This document shows, piece after piece, positions 24,142 through 32,788 of a DNA stretch of 46,695 nt. How positions within the stretch are numbered: the stretch's first letter is position 1; each line of letters opens with the position of its first letter. The stretch is from Planctomycetes bacterium UBA4800 (GTDB taxonomy: Bacteria; Planctomycetota; UBA8108; UBA8890; UBA8898), in NCBI GenBank assembly GCA_002402755.1, contig DHGK01000335.1, positions 11,782-58,476 on the forward strand. The letters are read 5' to 3'. The position numbers and the translations under genes were made by a program. Below the pieces are notes generated by a model. The model saw nothing but the letters and a program-made list of their open reading frames with translations. It did no database searches and had not been told where the DNA came from.

Positions 24142-26568
24142 ATGCAGCGTGCGCGCGTTCCCGCTCTCGTGCTGACCTCGCTTCTCTGTGCCCTCGCCGC
24201 GCGCGGCGCGCCGGCCCCGCTTCCCGAGGCGCCGGCGTTTTTCTTCACCGCCGACTCCTTTCATACCCTCGCCGCGGAGGGCGCGGCGCTCGAGGAGCAC
24301 AACTACGTTTTCTGGGCGTGGGCGCGCGAGGACTCGTCCGTGACGCTCACGGCCGGCGGCGAGGAATACTTCACCGACCGGCCGGATCTCGCGCGCGCGT
24401 CGCCGGAGCGCTACACGTGGCGGCGGCTCGGGAGCGCGGTCTTCGGCGGCGGGAAGATCGAGATCGCCTGCGACCGCGACCAGGGCGTCGCCGCCCTGTG
24501 CCTCGCGGCCGACAAGAGCTTCGAGCCCGCGGTGAGCTGGGCTCTCGCGCGCTCGCGCCCCTTCGATCCGCAGGCCGCCCCCGACGGGCGCGCGCGGGAG
24601 TGCCGCCACATCAACATGGCCTACCCGACGTATACCTTCCCCTCGGCGGAGGCCTGGCGCGAGCGCGCGGCGCATCTCCGGAACCATATCCTCGCCGCCT
24701 GCGGGCTCCTGCCGGCGCCCGAGAAGCAGCCGCTCGCGCCCGTCATCTTCCACCGCGTCGAGCGCGACGACTACACGGTCGAGAAGGCCTACTTCGAGTC
24801 CTGGCCCGGCTTCTACGTGACCGGCAACCTCTATCGCCCGCGCGGACGGCAGGGCCCCTTCCCCGGCGTGCTCTCGCCGCACGGCCACTGGGGCCAGGGA
24901 CGCTTCGCCGACGAGGGCGAGCCCACGGGCGGCGTCCCCATGCGCGCGATCGCTCTGGCGCGCCTCGGCTGCGTCGTCTTCACGTACGACATGGTCGGCT
25001 ACGGGGATTCCAAGCGCCAGATCGGCCACTCCTTCGCGAGCCAGCAGAACGAGCTCTGGGGCCTGAGCCTCATGAAGCTCCAGCTCTGGAACGCGATCCG
25101 CGGCCTGGACTTCCTGGCGAGCCTGCCCGACGTCGATCCGGACAGGCTCGCCTGCACCGGCACCTCGGGCGGCGGCACGCAGACCTTCATCCTCATGGCG
25201 GTCGACGAGCGCGTGAAGGTCGCCGCGCCCGTGTGCATGGTCTCGGCCTTCATGCAGGGCGGCTGCGAGTGCGAGAACGCGCCGCTCCTGCGCCTCGACA
25301 CGATCAACCCCGAGATCGCCGCGCTCATGGCGCCGCGGCCGCTCATTCTCGTGTCCGCAAGCGGCGACTGGACATCGAAGACGCCGACCGTGGAGTACCC
25401 GATGGTGCACAGCGTCTACGAGCTTCTCGGCGCGGCCGACCGCCTTGCCGGCGCGCACTTCGAGGCGCCCCACAACTACAACCGCAATTCGCGCGAGGCC
25501 GTCTACGGTTTCTTCTTGAAGTGGCTCCTCGGCGCCGCGCCGGCAACGCCGTACAAGGAGCCGCCGTACGCGATCGAGAAGATCGAGGACCTGAGCGTCT
25601 GGCACGGCCGCGAGCTCCCCCCGGGGGCGCTCGACCGCGCGGGCCTGGAGGCGCTCCTCCGCGATGAAGCCAAGGCGCGCCTGCGCAACCACCTCCCCAA
25701 GGACGCCGCCGCGCTCGCGCGCTTCCGCGAGACGATCGGCGCGTACTACCGGCACGCCGTCTACGTCCGGGGCCGGACCGAGGGCGCGCCGCCGGCCGCC
25801 GAGCTCCTCGGCCTGATGCATCTCTCGAACGACGCGGCCACGGCGGGAACCGCCTGCCTGCGCCTCTCCATCGCCCGGGACGATCAAAGACTGCCCGCGC
25901 TGCTCTTCAGCGCCCCGCTCGCGGACATCGGCCGCATGTCGCGCATCGGCGCCGTGCTCGTCATCCACCCCGGCGGCAAGGCCGCGCTCATCGACGCGGC
26001 GCGCGGACGGCCGGGCCCCCTCCTCGATGCGCTGCTCGGCAGGAACCTCCCCGTCATGGCCATCGACACGTTCCTGACGGGCGAGTTCCATTCCGCCTTC
26101 GCGCCGACACAACGCGCGCGCGCCGACAAGATGTTCACGACGTACAACCGCACGGCGCTCGTCGAGCGCGTGCGCGACATCGCCGCCGCGGCCGCGTTTC
26201 TCGGCGACAAGGTCGCCGACCGCATCGCGGTCATCGGCATGGGACGCGCGGGCAAGTGGGTCGCACTGGCGGCGCCGTACCTTCCCGCCCGCGCGATGAT
26301 CATCGCGGACCTCAAGGACTACGCCTCCGAGAGCGAGGCCGCGTGGCAGGGCGATGACTTTGCCCCGCACATCCTCGGCGCGGGCGGCCTGGAGACGGCG
26401 TGCGCGCTGGCGGCGCCGCGCTCGCTCACGTGCTTCAGCGCGGGCCCCGCGTTCCGCGGCGCCTGGATCCTGGCCGCGTACGTGGCGGCCGGCGCCGCCG
26501 ACCGCCTGAGCATCATGAGCCACGACCTGACGGCGGAGGAGCTGGCCGCGCTCGCGGCGGAGGATTGA
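24142..26568 (+). CDS. Secreted two-lobed alpha/beta-hydrolase-fold protein (acetyl-xylan-esterase/dienelactone-hydrolase-like first lobe; second lobe lacks the nucleophile)
   Basis: 808 aa from ATG 24142 (GGAGGTG RBS); signal 'MQRARVPALVLTSLLCALAARGA'; 'LSPHGHW', nucleophile elbow 'GTSGGG', 'GGCECEN'; second lobe has 'VIGMGRAGKW' where G-x-S-x-G would be expected. Confidence 0.7.
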   Translation: MQRARVPALVLTSLLCALAARGAPAPLPEAPAFFFTADSFHTLAAEGAALEEHNYVFWAWAREDSSVTLTAGGEEYFTDRPDLARASPERYTWRRLGSAVFGGGKIEIACDRDQGVAALCLAADKSFEPAVSWALARSRPFDPQAAPDGRARECRHINMAYPTYTFPSAEAWRERAAHLRNHILAACGLLPAPEKQPLAPVIFHRVERDDYTVEKAYFESWPGFYVTGNLYRPRGRQGPFPGVLSPHGHWGQGRFADEGEPTGGVPMRAIALARLGCVVFTYDMVGYGDSKRQIGHSFASQQNELWGLSLMKLQLWNAIRGLDFLASLPDVDPDRLACTGTSGGGTQTFILMAVDERVKVAAPVCMVSAFMQGGCECENAPLLRLDTINPEIAALMAPRPLILVSASGDWTSKTPTVEYPMVHSVYELLGAADRLAGAHFEAPHNYNRNSREAVYGFFLKWLLGAAPATPYKEPPYAIEKIEDLSVWHGRELPPGALDRAGLEALLRDEAKARLRNHLPKDAAALARFRETIGAYYRHAVYVRGRTEGAPPAAELLGLMHLSNDAATAGTACLRLSIARDDQRLPALLFSAPLADIGRMSRIGAVLVIHPGGKAALIDAARGRPGPLLDALLGRNLPVMAIDTFLTGEFHSAFAPTQRARADKMFTTYNRTALVERVRDIAAAAAFLGDKVADRIAVIGMGRAGKWVALAAPYLPARAMIIADLKDYASESEAAWQGDDFAPHILGAGGLETACALAAPRSLTCFSAGPAFRGAWILAAYVAAGAADRLSIMSHDLTAEELAALAAED

Positions 26569-26577
26569 GGCTACAGC

Positions 26578-27723
26578 CTACCCCCGCGCGCAGTCCAGCT
26601 TGTCGGGCGTCGGATCGATGCCCGGCGGCCCCGGCGGCGAGGGCGGCGGAATCACGCCCTGGCGGAAGAGATACGCCAGGATCTTGATCGCATCGGACAG
26701 GTCGAGGGCGCCGTCATCGTTGGCATCGGCCGCATCCATGCAGGGCGGCACGGGGCCCTGCGCGAAGAGGTAGCTCAGGAGGTAGATCGGGTCGGCGATC
26801 GTCATGTCGCCGTTGTCGTTGGCATCGCCGCGGATGAAGAGCGGCGGCCACATGAGCTGGATGATGCCGTTCTGCTTGACCGGCCGCACATCGAGCCCCT
26901 TGACGGCGTAGACGACAAGCACGGGCGGATCGCCGAGCCCGTCGACGAACGGCACCGCCATGCTGCGCGCGGCGCCGCCCGAGGGGATCAGGAGGTCGTA
27001 GACGAGGTTGGCGATGCGCTGCTCCTTTCCCGCCGGAATCGTCTGGCCCTCGAAGGGCGGCTCGGCGTCCAGGACGACGGCGAACGTGGCCCAGCCGGTA
27101 TCGATGACGGGCGAGGTCTCGCCGTTGTTGATGGCGAGCGCGACGAACTCGGCGCCGACCCGCTCCGTGATCGTGTCCCGGAGATCGATGCCGGCCATGC
27201 GCGCGTGCAGCAGGTTGAAGGTCACGCCGAACGAGAAGCCCTGGATCGGCGCGGCGTTCGTCGCGAACACGGGTACGACCACGCCGGGCGTCCCCATGTA
27301 CGCCCACACCTCGGGCGCCATGATCACGAAATCCTCGCACGCGGGCACCTCGACCGTGAAGGTCATCTTGTCGGTGCCGGGGAACGGCGCCACGGCGACC
27401 GTGTAGGTGCCGGGCGGCAGCCCCTCGATCGTCAGGCCCAGATCGAACCAGCAGACGCAGTCGCACGGCGGCCCGTTGTCGATCTCGACGATCGTGATGT
27501 CGAAGCCGTTGATGTCGACCCTGGGCTCGTACGCGAGGCAGCAGTTGATGTGGACCGACGTGTGCGTCATGCGCAGGACGCAGCCTTCCACCGTGACGTT
27601 CAGCGCGCCTTCAGTCGAGGGGGGCTCGGGCAGGCACTCGCTCTGGATGGGCGTGACGACCGCCGCATCGAGCACGGGAACACCGATCACGAGCAGCACA
27701 CCGGCAAGGACGATCGTTCGCAT
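26578..27723 (-). CDS. Secreted Cys-rich domain + cohesin-like module + dockerin protein
   Basis: 381 aa from ATG 27723 (GGGAGGTG RBS); signal 'MRTIVLAGVLLVIGVPVLDA'; 9-Cys N-domain ('HINCC','PPCDCVCWFD'); cohesin-like strands 'PIQGFSFGVTFN..'; dockerin 'GDANDNGDMTIADPIYLLSYLF' + 'ADANDDGALDLSDAIKILAYLF'. Confidence 0.8.
   Translation of the reverse strand: MRTIVLAGVLLVIGVPVLDAAVVTPIQSECLPEPPSTEGALNVTVEGCVLRMTHTSVHINCCLAYEPRVDINGFDITIVEIDNGPPCDCVCWFDLGLTIEGLPPGTYTVAVAPFPGTDKMTFTVEVPACEDFVIMAPEVWAYMGTPGVVVPVFATNAAPIQGFSFGVTFNLLHARMAGIDLRDTITERVGAEFVALAINNGETSPVIDTGWATFAVVLDAEPPFEGQTIPAGKEQRIANLVYDLLIPSGGAARSMAVPFVDGLGDPPVLVVYAVKGLDVRPVKQNGIIQLMWPPLFIRGDANDNGDMTIADPIYLLSYLFAQGPVPPCMDAADANDDGALDLSDAIKILAYLFRQGVIPPPSPPGPPGIDPTPDKLDCARG
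26656..26835 (-). other. Dockerin module (two Ca-binding loop/helix repeats), approximate bounds
   Basis: aa ~297-356 of the 381-aa protein: D-x-N-x-(D/N)-G-x(5)-D loops, each followed by a hydrophobic 'LLSYLF'/'ILAYLF' helix. Confidence 0.8.
26854..27333 (-). other. Cohesin-like module, approximate bounds
   Basis: aa ~131-290; alternating beta-strand pattern reads in register with clostridial cohesins by eye (e.g. 'VVVPVFATNAAPIQGFSFGVTFN..LHARMAGIDL'; 'GWATFAVVLDAE'; 'RIANLVYDL'; 'MAVPFVDG'); not verified by HMM. Confidence 0.5.
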
Positions 27724-27758
27724 CTGACACCTCCCGTTCGCGACACCTCTATTCTCGT

Positions 27759-27803
27759 AGTCTACGGGCCGCCGCCCGCGAGTCAACCAATTCCGGCGCG
27801 GAA
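27759..27803 (-). promoter_or_regulatory. sigma70-like promoter of the cohesin/dockerin gene with upstream AT-rich tract and TTCCG-gcg-CGGAA inverted repeat
   Basis: Minus strand: TTGACT (27786-27781), 16-nt spacer, TAGACT (27764-27759); upstream AATTAAT and TTCCGgcgCGGAA (27791-27803). Confidence 0.45.
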
Positions 27804-27828
27804 TTAATCGAACGGCAGCGGAAAGAAC

Positions 27829-27864
27829 GCGGGCTCCGGACGCCGTGAGGCGCCCGGAGCCCGC
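27829..27864 (-). terminator. Intrinsic-terminator-like hairpin after the 325-aa gene
   Basis: 16-position stem with one mismatch and a GTGA loop (GCGGGCTCCGGaCGCC-gtga-GGCGcCCGGAGCCCGC), about 50 nt past the stop at 27915; followed on the minus strand by GUUCUUUCC. Confidence 0.55.
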
Positions 27865-27914
27865 CCGTACCAGCGCTCGCCGGCCCTTGCCACGCGGCCG
27901 GCGGGGCGAAATCC

Positions 27915-28892
27915 TTACTTCGCCGCCGTGCGGACCACGGTCGTCGTCATCGAGGTCTTCGTCGTGGAGGTCTGACCGCTTCGCTCGCTCGATCGATCCG
28001 TCGCCGACTTGAGCTCGAGCTTCTGGAGAAGCCCGTCCTTCACTGCGACGAGCGCCGCGCCCTTGGCCTCGGCGCCCGCGCCGGGCCCCATGCCCGCGGC
28101 GGGGCCGCCGCGCGCGGACTGGGGCGCCTTCCTCACGACCGCGAACCTGGCGGCGTCCGCCTCCTGGCCCTCGTACGTGTACTCCAGGTTCATGCCGGCC
28201 ATGCGCCCGACGCCGCCGCGGCCCTTGCCCTTTTCGTCGGCGGCGGGCCGCTCGACGGGCGCGGTCTGGTAGGTCTTGCCCTTCTCGAGCGCGACGCCCT
28301 GGACCGGCGATGACAGGATGTACGACAGGTCGCGCGTGAGCGCGGTCGCGCCGACGGCGTTCATGCCGCGGAAGAAGCCGCCCACCACGGGCATGCGGCG
28401 CTTCCCCGGTTCCGCCGCGCCGCCCTTGGCATCCCTGCCGGCGGCGGTCCGTGCGGCCTCGGGGAACCCCGTGACCTCCTTGACCTTGCCGCCCGCCACG
28501 GCCGCCTTGACGGTGCTCTTCACGATCTTCTCCAGTTCCGCCGTCTCCGCGCCTCCGCCGGGCTTGGCCGAGTCGAACTCGAACGCGTTCCGGCCGCCCT
28601 CCTCCTTGATCTTCACCGAGGCGTACGTCACGGCGAGGACCAGGTCTCCGTTGTCCTTCCTGTCCTCGATCTTGATCGCGTACCGGACCTCGGTCGTGCT
28701 CGACCGCGTGAACGCGCCCTGCGCGTTGGTGCCCTCGGTTGCGGATGTCGTCGTCACCGTGTACTGGAGCGCATCGCCCTTGGCGAGCTTGAGCTCGACC
28801 TTGGCGGGCGCATCGGCCGCGCACAGCGCCGCGACCACGCCGCATGCCGCGAGACACACGAGGCTCAGTTGCATCAGTCGCCGTCCGTTCAT
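27915..28892 (-). CDS. Secreted Gly/Lys/Ala-rich hypothetical protein
   Basis: 325 aa; GGAAGGAGGAA RBS; signal 'MQLSLVCLAACGVVAALCAA'; beta-rich ends flank G/R/M/F-rich segments ('MPVVGGFFRGMNAVG','GKGRGGVGRMAGMN','ARGGPAAGMGPGAGAE'). Confidence 0.7.
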   Translation of the reverse strand: MNGRRLMQLSLVCLAACGVVAALCAADAPAKVELKLAKGDALQYTVTTTSATEGTNAQGAFTRSSTTEVRYAIKIEDRKDNGDLVLAVTYASVKIKEEGGRNAFEFDSAKPGGGAETAELEKIVKSTVKAAVAGGKVKEVTGFPEAARTAAGRDAKGGAAEPGKRRMPVVGGFFRGMNAVGATALTRDLSYILSSPVQGVALEKGKTYQTAPVERPAADEKGKGRGGVGRMAGMNLEYTYEGQEADAARFAVVRKAPQSARGGPAAGMGPGAGAEAKGAALVAVKDGLLQKLELKSATDRSSERSGQTSTTKTSMTTTVVRTAAK

Positions 28893-29029
28893 CGATCGAT
28901 TCCTCCTTCCGTCAGAGTCCGCGCCGCAGGCTCACCCCCACAGGCGTCCCGCGCGCGCAATGTACCTGAACCGCGCTCGGCGGCCGGCGGGGCGCCATGC
29001 TCCCGCCCGCGCGCGCCCGGCGCACGCCG

Positions 29030-32000
29030 TCATCTCAGCTTGATGTCGAAGCGGTTCGCTCCGCGCTTGATCGTGATCCTTCCGCCCTGCGGCCGCTCGC
29101 CCTCGTTCACGCGCACGGAGTACGAGTACGTGCCCGGCGCCAGACCGCGGACCTCGTAGCGGCCGTTCTCATCGGCGGCCGCGGTTTTCGTCAGGCCGCG
29201 CGCGTCCTGAACGGTCACGACCGCGAACGGCACGGCGGCGCCGGCCCTGACCGTTCCCGAGAGCGACAGGCCGTCCTCGAGCGCCGTCCTGATCTCCTTG
29301 GCGACGCCATCGTCGCGGATCTCGACCCTGCGCGTCTCGGGCAGAAAATCGCCGTGATGGACGATCACATCGTAGGCGCCGGGGGGAAGCTCCCTGAGCG
29401 TGAACACCCCCGTCTCGTCGCTGTACGTCACGGCCTTCTCGAGGCGCGCCGGGACGGCCCCGGCGGTCTTCTCCGGCGTCCTTCCGGCGCGGCGTTCATC
29501 GCGCGGCACGGCGACGACGTACACCTCCGCGCCGGCGAGAGGGCCGCGCTTCCCGGTCACGTACCCCGCAACGGAGAGGCCGTCCTCGAGCGGCACCACG
29601 ATGCCCTCGGTCACCTCGCCCTCGACGACCGTGACGATCACCTGCCTGCCGTTCAGCCCCTCGGCCGCGGCCTCCAGGTAGTACGTGCCCGGCGCCACCC
29701 CGTCGATCTCGAAGCTCCCGTCGGGGCTGGAGAACTCGCGCGGGAAGAACATGCCGCCGCCGGGGCCCCGGAACCGGCCGCGGCCGCCGTCCTCCTGGGA
29801 GCCATCGGCGCCCGTGGAGCTCAGCCGCACGCGGAAGCTCGTCACCCGCTCGCCGGTCCGCGCCAGGAGCACGATGCCGCGAAGACCGCCCGTGCGCGCG
29901 AGCACGACGGCGATCTCGATGTTGACCTTCACCTCGGGGAGCGACGCCTCGGCGAAGCCCTCGCACCGCGCCCTCACCGTGTACGGGCCCTCCCCGAGGC
30001 TTCCGAGCCGGAACCAGCCGTTCGCGTCGCTCATCGCGTTCGACCCGCGCCCGCCCGCCTGGCCGAACGCGGACAGCTCGGCGCCCTCGATGGGCACGCC
30101 GTCTCTGTCCCTGACGATGCCCGCGATGGCGTTCTCGGGAAGAAGGACGATGTCGAGGCCCGCCTCATGCTCCTCCACGAGCATCACGCGCGCCGTGAAC
30201 GGTTGATAGGTTTCGGGCGCGCACAAGGCCGAGTACGCGCCCCCCTCCAGGCCCGCAAAGCGCGTGCGGCCGTCGGTGCCGGTCATGCGCGTCGCGCCGC
30301 CGCGCCCGCCCGGCCCGCCCGGCCCGAAGGCCTGCCTGCCGCGGCCGCCCTCGGCCCCTTCGTCCGCCTCGCGGCGCAGCGACACGTTGACCTGCGGCAC
30401 CGGCACGCCCGCCGAATCGCGCACGAGGACGCGCAGGCTCGCACCCTCCGAGAGGATGTACTCCAGGCCCCCGCGCTGCTCGCCGGGACTCAGCGTGAAG
30501 CTCTCCGAGCGGAACGCCGCGTAGTCGGGGTGGCTGATGGCGATCTGGAGCGGCTTCTCGGTCGGCGCATCGGCGAGGACGAACGCGCCCGCCGCATCCG
30601 ACCTCCCCTGCGCCGTCTGCGCCGCGTCGCGCATGAAGCCGCCCGGCCGCATGCGCCCGCCCTGCTCGTCCTCGCGCACGGGACTCGCGACGATGCGCGC
30701 GTTGCGCACCGGCTCGCCCGACCGGCTCCTGATCGTCCCGCTGATCGAGGCGCTCGGCGTGAGCTCGATGAGCTCCTCGTGCGTCTCCTCGCCCGGCGCG
30801 ATGGCCACGTTCTCGAGCACCGCGGCGGTGAATCCCTGCGCGCGCACCTGCAGGCTCTCGATCGGGCCGGGGTGGAATCCGCTCAGCGCGAAGGCGCCGT
30901 CGTCGTCGGTTCGCGCGCGGCGCATGTCGAAGCGGCTCGCCCGCGCCTCGATCACGGCGCCCGGAACCGGCTGCCCGCTCCCGCGCGCCACCACCCTGCC
31001 TGCGAGCGTACCGCCCTTCTCGAGCGTGATCCTGAGCTCGCGCGGCTGTCCGGCTTCGACGCCGTCCGCGCGAAACGGCGCGTAGCGGTCCGCCTGCACG
31101 CTGATCGAGTACTGTCCCGCGCGCAGGGTATCGAACGAGAAGCGGCCGGCCTTGTCCGTCTCGACGGCCGCGCTGACGTCGAAGAGCGCGACAGGCTCGG
31201 GCCGCGGCGCGGCGCCGGGGGTCTCGGCCGGCGCCGCGTTTCCGCCGTCCTGTCCTCGCCCCCTGCGCATGCGCTCGAACGCCTGGCGCCGCTCGGCATC
31301 CTCGGGACGGAATTCGCCCGCCGCCACGAAGGCGCCGGAAACGGGCGCGCCCTTGGGGTCGAGCACGACGCCCGCGAGCACGACTCCGGCCTGGAGCTCG
31401 ACCGCGACCTCGACGGCCGCCGAGGCGCCCTCGATGCGTCCCCGCCGGCTTTCGCTCACGAATCCCGCCCTCTCGATGAATACCGTGAAGACCGCCTGCA
31501 GCACATCGACGAAGCGGCACGTGCCGTCCTTGCCGGTCTCGCCGCGCTCGTGGGGCGATTGCATCAGCCGCGTGAACGCTTCCCCGCCCGGGCCGCCGAA
31601 ACCCCGCCCGCCCGGGCCGCCGAAGCCCCGCCCGCCGGGGCCGCCGCGGCCCGGGAACGTCTCTCCGAGATACAGGCTCACGCGCGCTCCCGCGAGCGGT
31701 TTCCTGCTCGCGTCGGTCACGGTCACGAGAACGCCCGCCGAGGGCGGCAGCACGAGCGCGAGGTCCCTCGTGCCGGACGCGACATCGTGCGCCGACGCCT
31801 CCAGGCAGCCGCGCGCCGACGCGCTCACGCGGTACATGCCCGGCGGCACGGTCAGCCTGAAGAAGCCATCGCGGCCGCTCGCCGTCTGATCGACCAGTTC
31901 CTCGCCGCCGCCCATGGGCCCTCGCATCGGACGCGAGACGAGCGCGAGCACCCGGGCGCCCGCCATCGGGCGCCCGCGCTGATCGCTCACCACCCCCTCG

Positions 32001-32578
32001 ATCCAGTCGCCGGGCCCCAGCATGAAGTCGAGCCGGCTCGATTCCTCCGTGCGCGTCCACGCCAGGCCGAGCGGCGCGTGATCGTCATGCCGCGCGAGCG
32101 CCGCGTAGTCGCCGGGCGGAATGGAGGCGAGCGGGATGGCGTACGCGCCTGAGTCATCGGTCACCGCCTCGGCGACGCGCGCCCAGCCGGACTCCGCGGC
32201 CGCCTTGCCCAGGATCCGGTCGCGCAGCAACTGCATGCCGTCGCCGGCGCGGGCGAAGAGCTCGATGCCCGCGCCGCCCGACGCCGCGATGACGGCGACC
32301 TCGGCGCCCGGGATGCCGCGGTCGTCTTCGTCCGTGACGCGGCCGTAGAGACTCGGCACCGAGGGCACGCCGGACTCCGCGAACGGATCGGCGGTCGTCT
32401 CGGCGGCGGCGGGAACGGCGGCCGCGGGCGCCGCGGCCGGCTGCGCAGCCGTCGCGTCCCGATCGCCCGCGGGAACGCCCGCGCCGTCCGGAATGCCGGT
32501 GTCGGCCCGCATGAGGAAGAAGAGCACCGCCGCCGCGATCGCGAGCGACAGCACGAAGGCGGCGCCGAACTTTCGCAT
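29030..32578 (-). CDS. Membrane-anchored giant protein of about eleven CarboxypepD_reg-type (Ig-like) repeats with Arg/Gly-rich loop insertions
   Basis: 1,182 aa from ATG 32578 (alternative ATG 32614); N-terminal anchor 'MRKFGAAFVLSLAIAAAVLFFLM'; recurring 'G-x-V-x-D..G-x-P-(V/I)-x-G-A-x-V' seeds (e.g. 'GRVTDEDDRGIPGAEVAVI','GIVRDRDGVPIEGAELSAF') each followed by 'PG.Y.v.a...Gf'. Confidence 0.8.
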   Translation of the reverse strand: MRKFGAAFVLSLAIAAAVLFFLMRADTGIPDGAGVPAGDRDATAAQPAAAPAAAVPAAAETTADPFAESGVPSVPSLYGRVTDEDDRGIPGAEVAVIAASGGAGIELFARAGDGMQLLRDRILGKAAAESGWARVAEAVTDDSGAYAIPLASIPPGDYAALARHDDHAPLGLAWTRTEESSRLDFMLGPGDWIEGVVSDQRGRPMAGARVLALVSRPMRGPMGGGEELVDQTASGRDGFFRLTVPPGMYRVSASARGCLEASAHDVASGTRDLALVLPPSAGVLVTVTDASRKPLAGARVSLYLGETFPGRGGPGGRGFGGPGGRGFGGPGGEAFTRLMQSPHERGETGKDGTCRFVDVLQAVFTVFIERAGFVSESRRGRIEGASAAVEVAVELQAGVVLAGVVLDPKGAPVSGAFVAAGEFRPEDAERRQAFERMRRGRGQDGGNAAPAETPGAAPRPEPVALFDVSAAVETDKAGRFSFDTLRAGQYSISVQADRYAPFRADGVEAGQPRELRITLEKGGTLAGRVVARGSGQPVPGAVIEARASRFDMRRARTDDDGAFALSGFHPGPIESLQVRAQGFTAAVLENVAIAPGEETHEELIELTPSASISGTIRSRSGEPVRNARIVASPVREDEQGGRMRPGGFMRDAAQTAQGRSDAAGAFVLADAPTEKPLQIAISHPDYAAFRSESFTLSPGEQRGGLEYILSEGASLRVLVRDSAGVPVPQVNVSLRREADEGAEGGRGRQAFGPGGPGGRGGATRMTGTDGRTRFAGLEGGAYSALCAPETYQPFTARVMLVEEHEAGLDIVLLPENAIAGIVRDRDGVPIEGAELSAFGQAGGRGSNAMSDANGWFRLGSLGEGPYTVRARCEGFAEASLPEVKVNIEIAVVLARTGGLRGIVLLARTGERVTSFRVRLSSTGADGSQEDGGRGRFRGPGGGMFFPREFSSPDGSFEIDGVAPGTYYLEAAAEGLNGRQVIVTVVEGEVTEGIVVPLEDGLSVAGYVTGKRGPLAGAEVYVVAVPRDERRAGRTPEKTAGAVPARLEKAVTYSDETGVFTLRELPPGAYDVIVHHGDFLPETRRVEIRDDGVAKEIRTALEDGLSLSGTVRAGAAVPFAVVTVQDARGLTKTAAADENGRYEVRGLAPGTYSYSVRVNEGERPQGGRITIKRGANRFDIKLR
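31587..31658. repeat. In-frame 24-nt tandem repeat (about 3 units) encoding (GGPGGRGF)n
   Basis: cccgggccgccgaaaccccgcccg / cccgggccgccgaagccccgcccg / ccggggccgccgcggcccgggaac; minus-strand translation 'GRGGPGGRGFGGPGGRGFGGPGGEAF'. Confidence 0.85.
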
Positions 32579-32731
32579 TGCCGTGACTCCGGGGAACAAC
32601 GCCGGGAGCCGCATGAAAACTCACGAGTGCGGGCCGGCGGCGGCTCCTCTCCGGTTTCAACACCGCACGAAGGCGTAAGTGGCGTCCGGAGGGTCGATCC
32701 GAGCCCGCCGCGGGTGCGACAGGAGGCCCCG

Positions 32732-32769
32732 GCGGGGCTGATGGGCGTTCGGCCGCCCGTCAGCCCCGC
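32732..32769 (-). terminator. Long GC hairpin 20 nt after the LamG/dockerin gene stop (U-less terminator-like)
   Basis: 16-bp stem (one G-U) GCGGGGCTGATGGGCG-ttcggc-CGCCCGTCAGCCCCGC; no U-tract. Confidence 0.4.
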
Positions 32770-32788
32770 ACGCGTCCTCGCCGGCGGA

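Noticed and set aside
27724-28857. N-terminal 378-aa extension of ORF 26578-28857, which would make the cohesin/dockerin protein 759 aa.
   Set aside because: The extension is R/G-rich junk and overlaps the well-supported 27915-28892 gene in another frame. A strong terminator hairpin (27829-27864), a promoter (27759-27786) and a GGGAGGTG RBS define the start at 27723, directly followed by a signal peptide.
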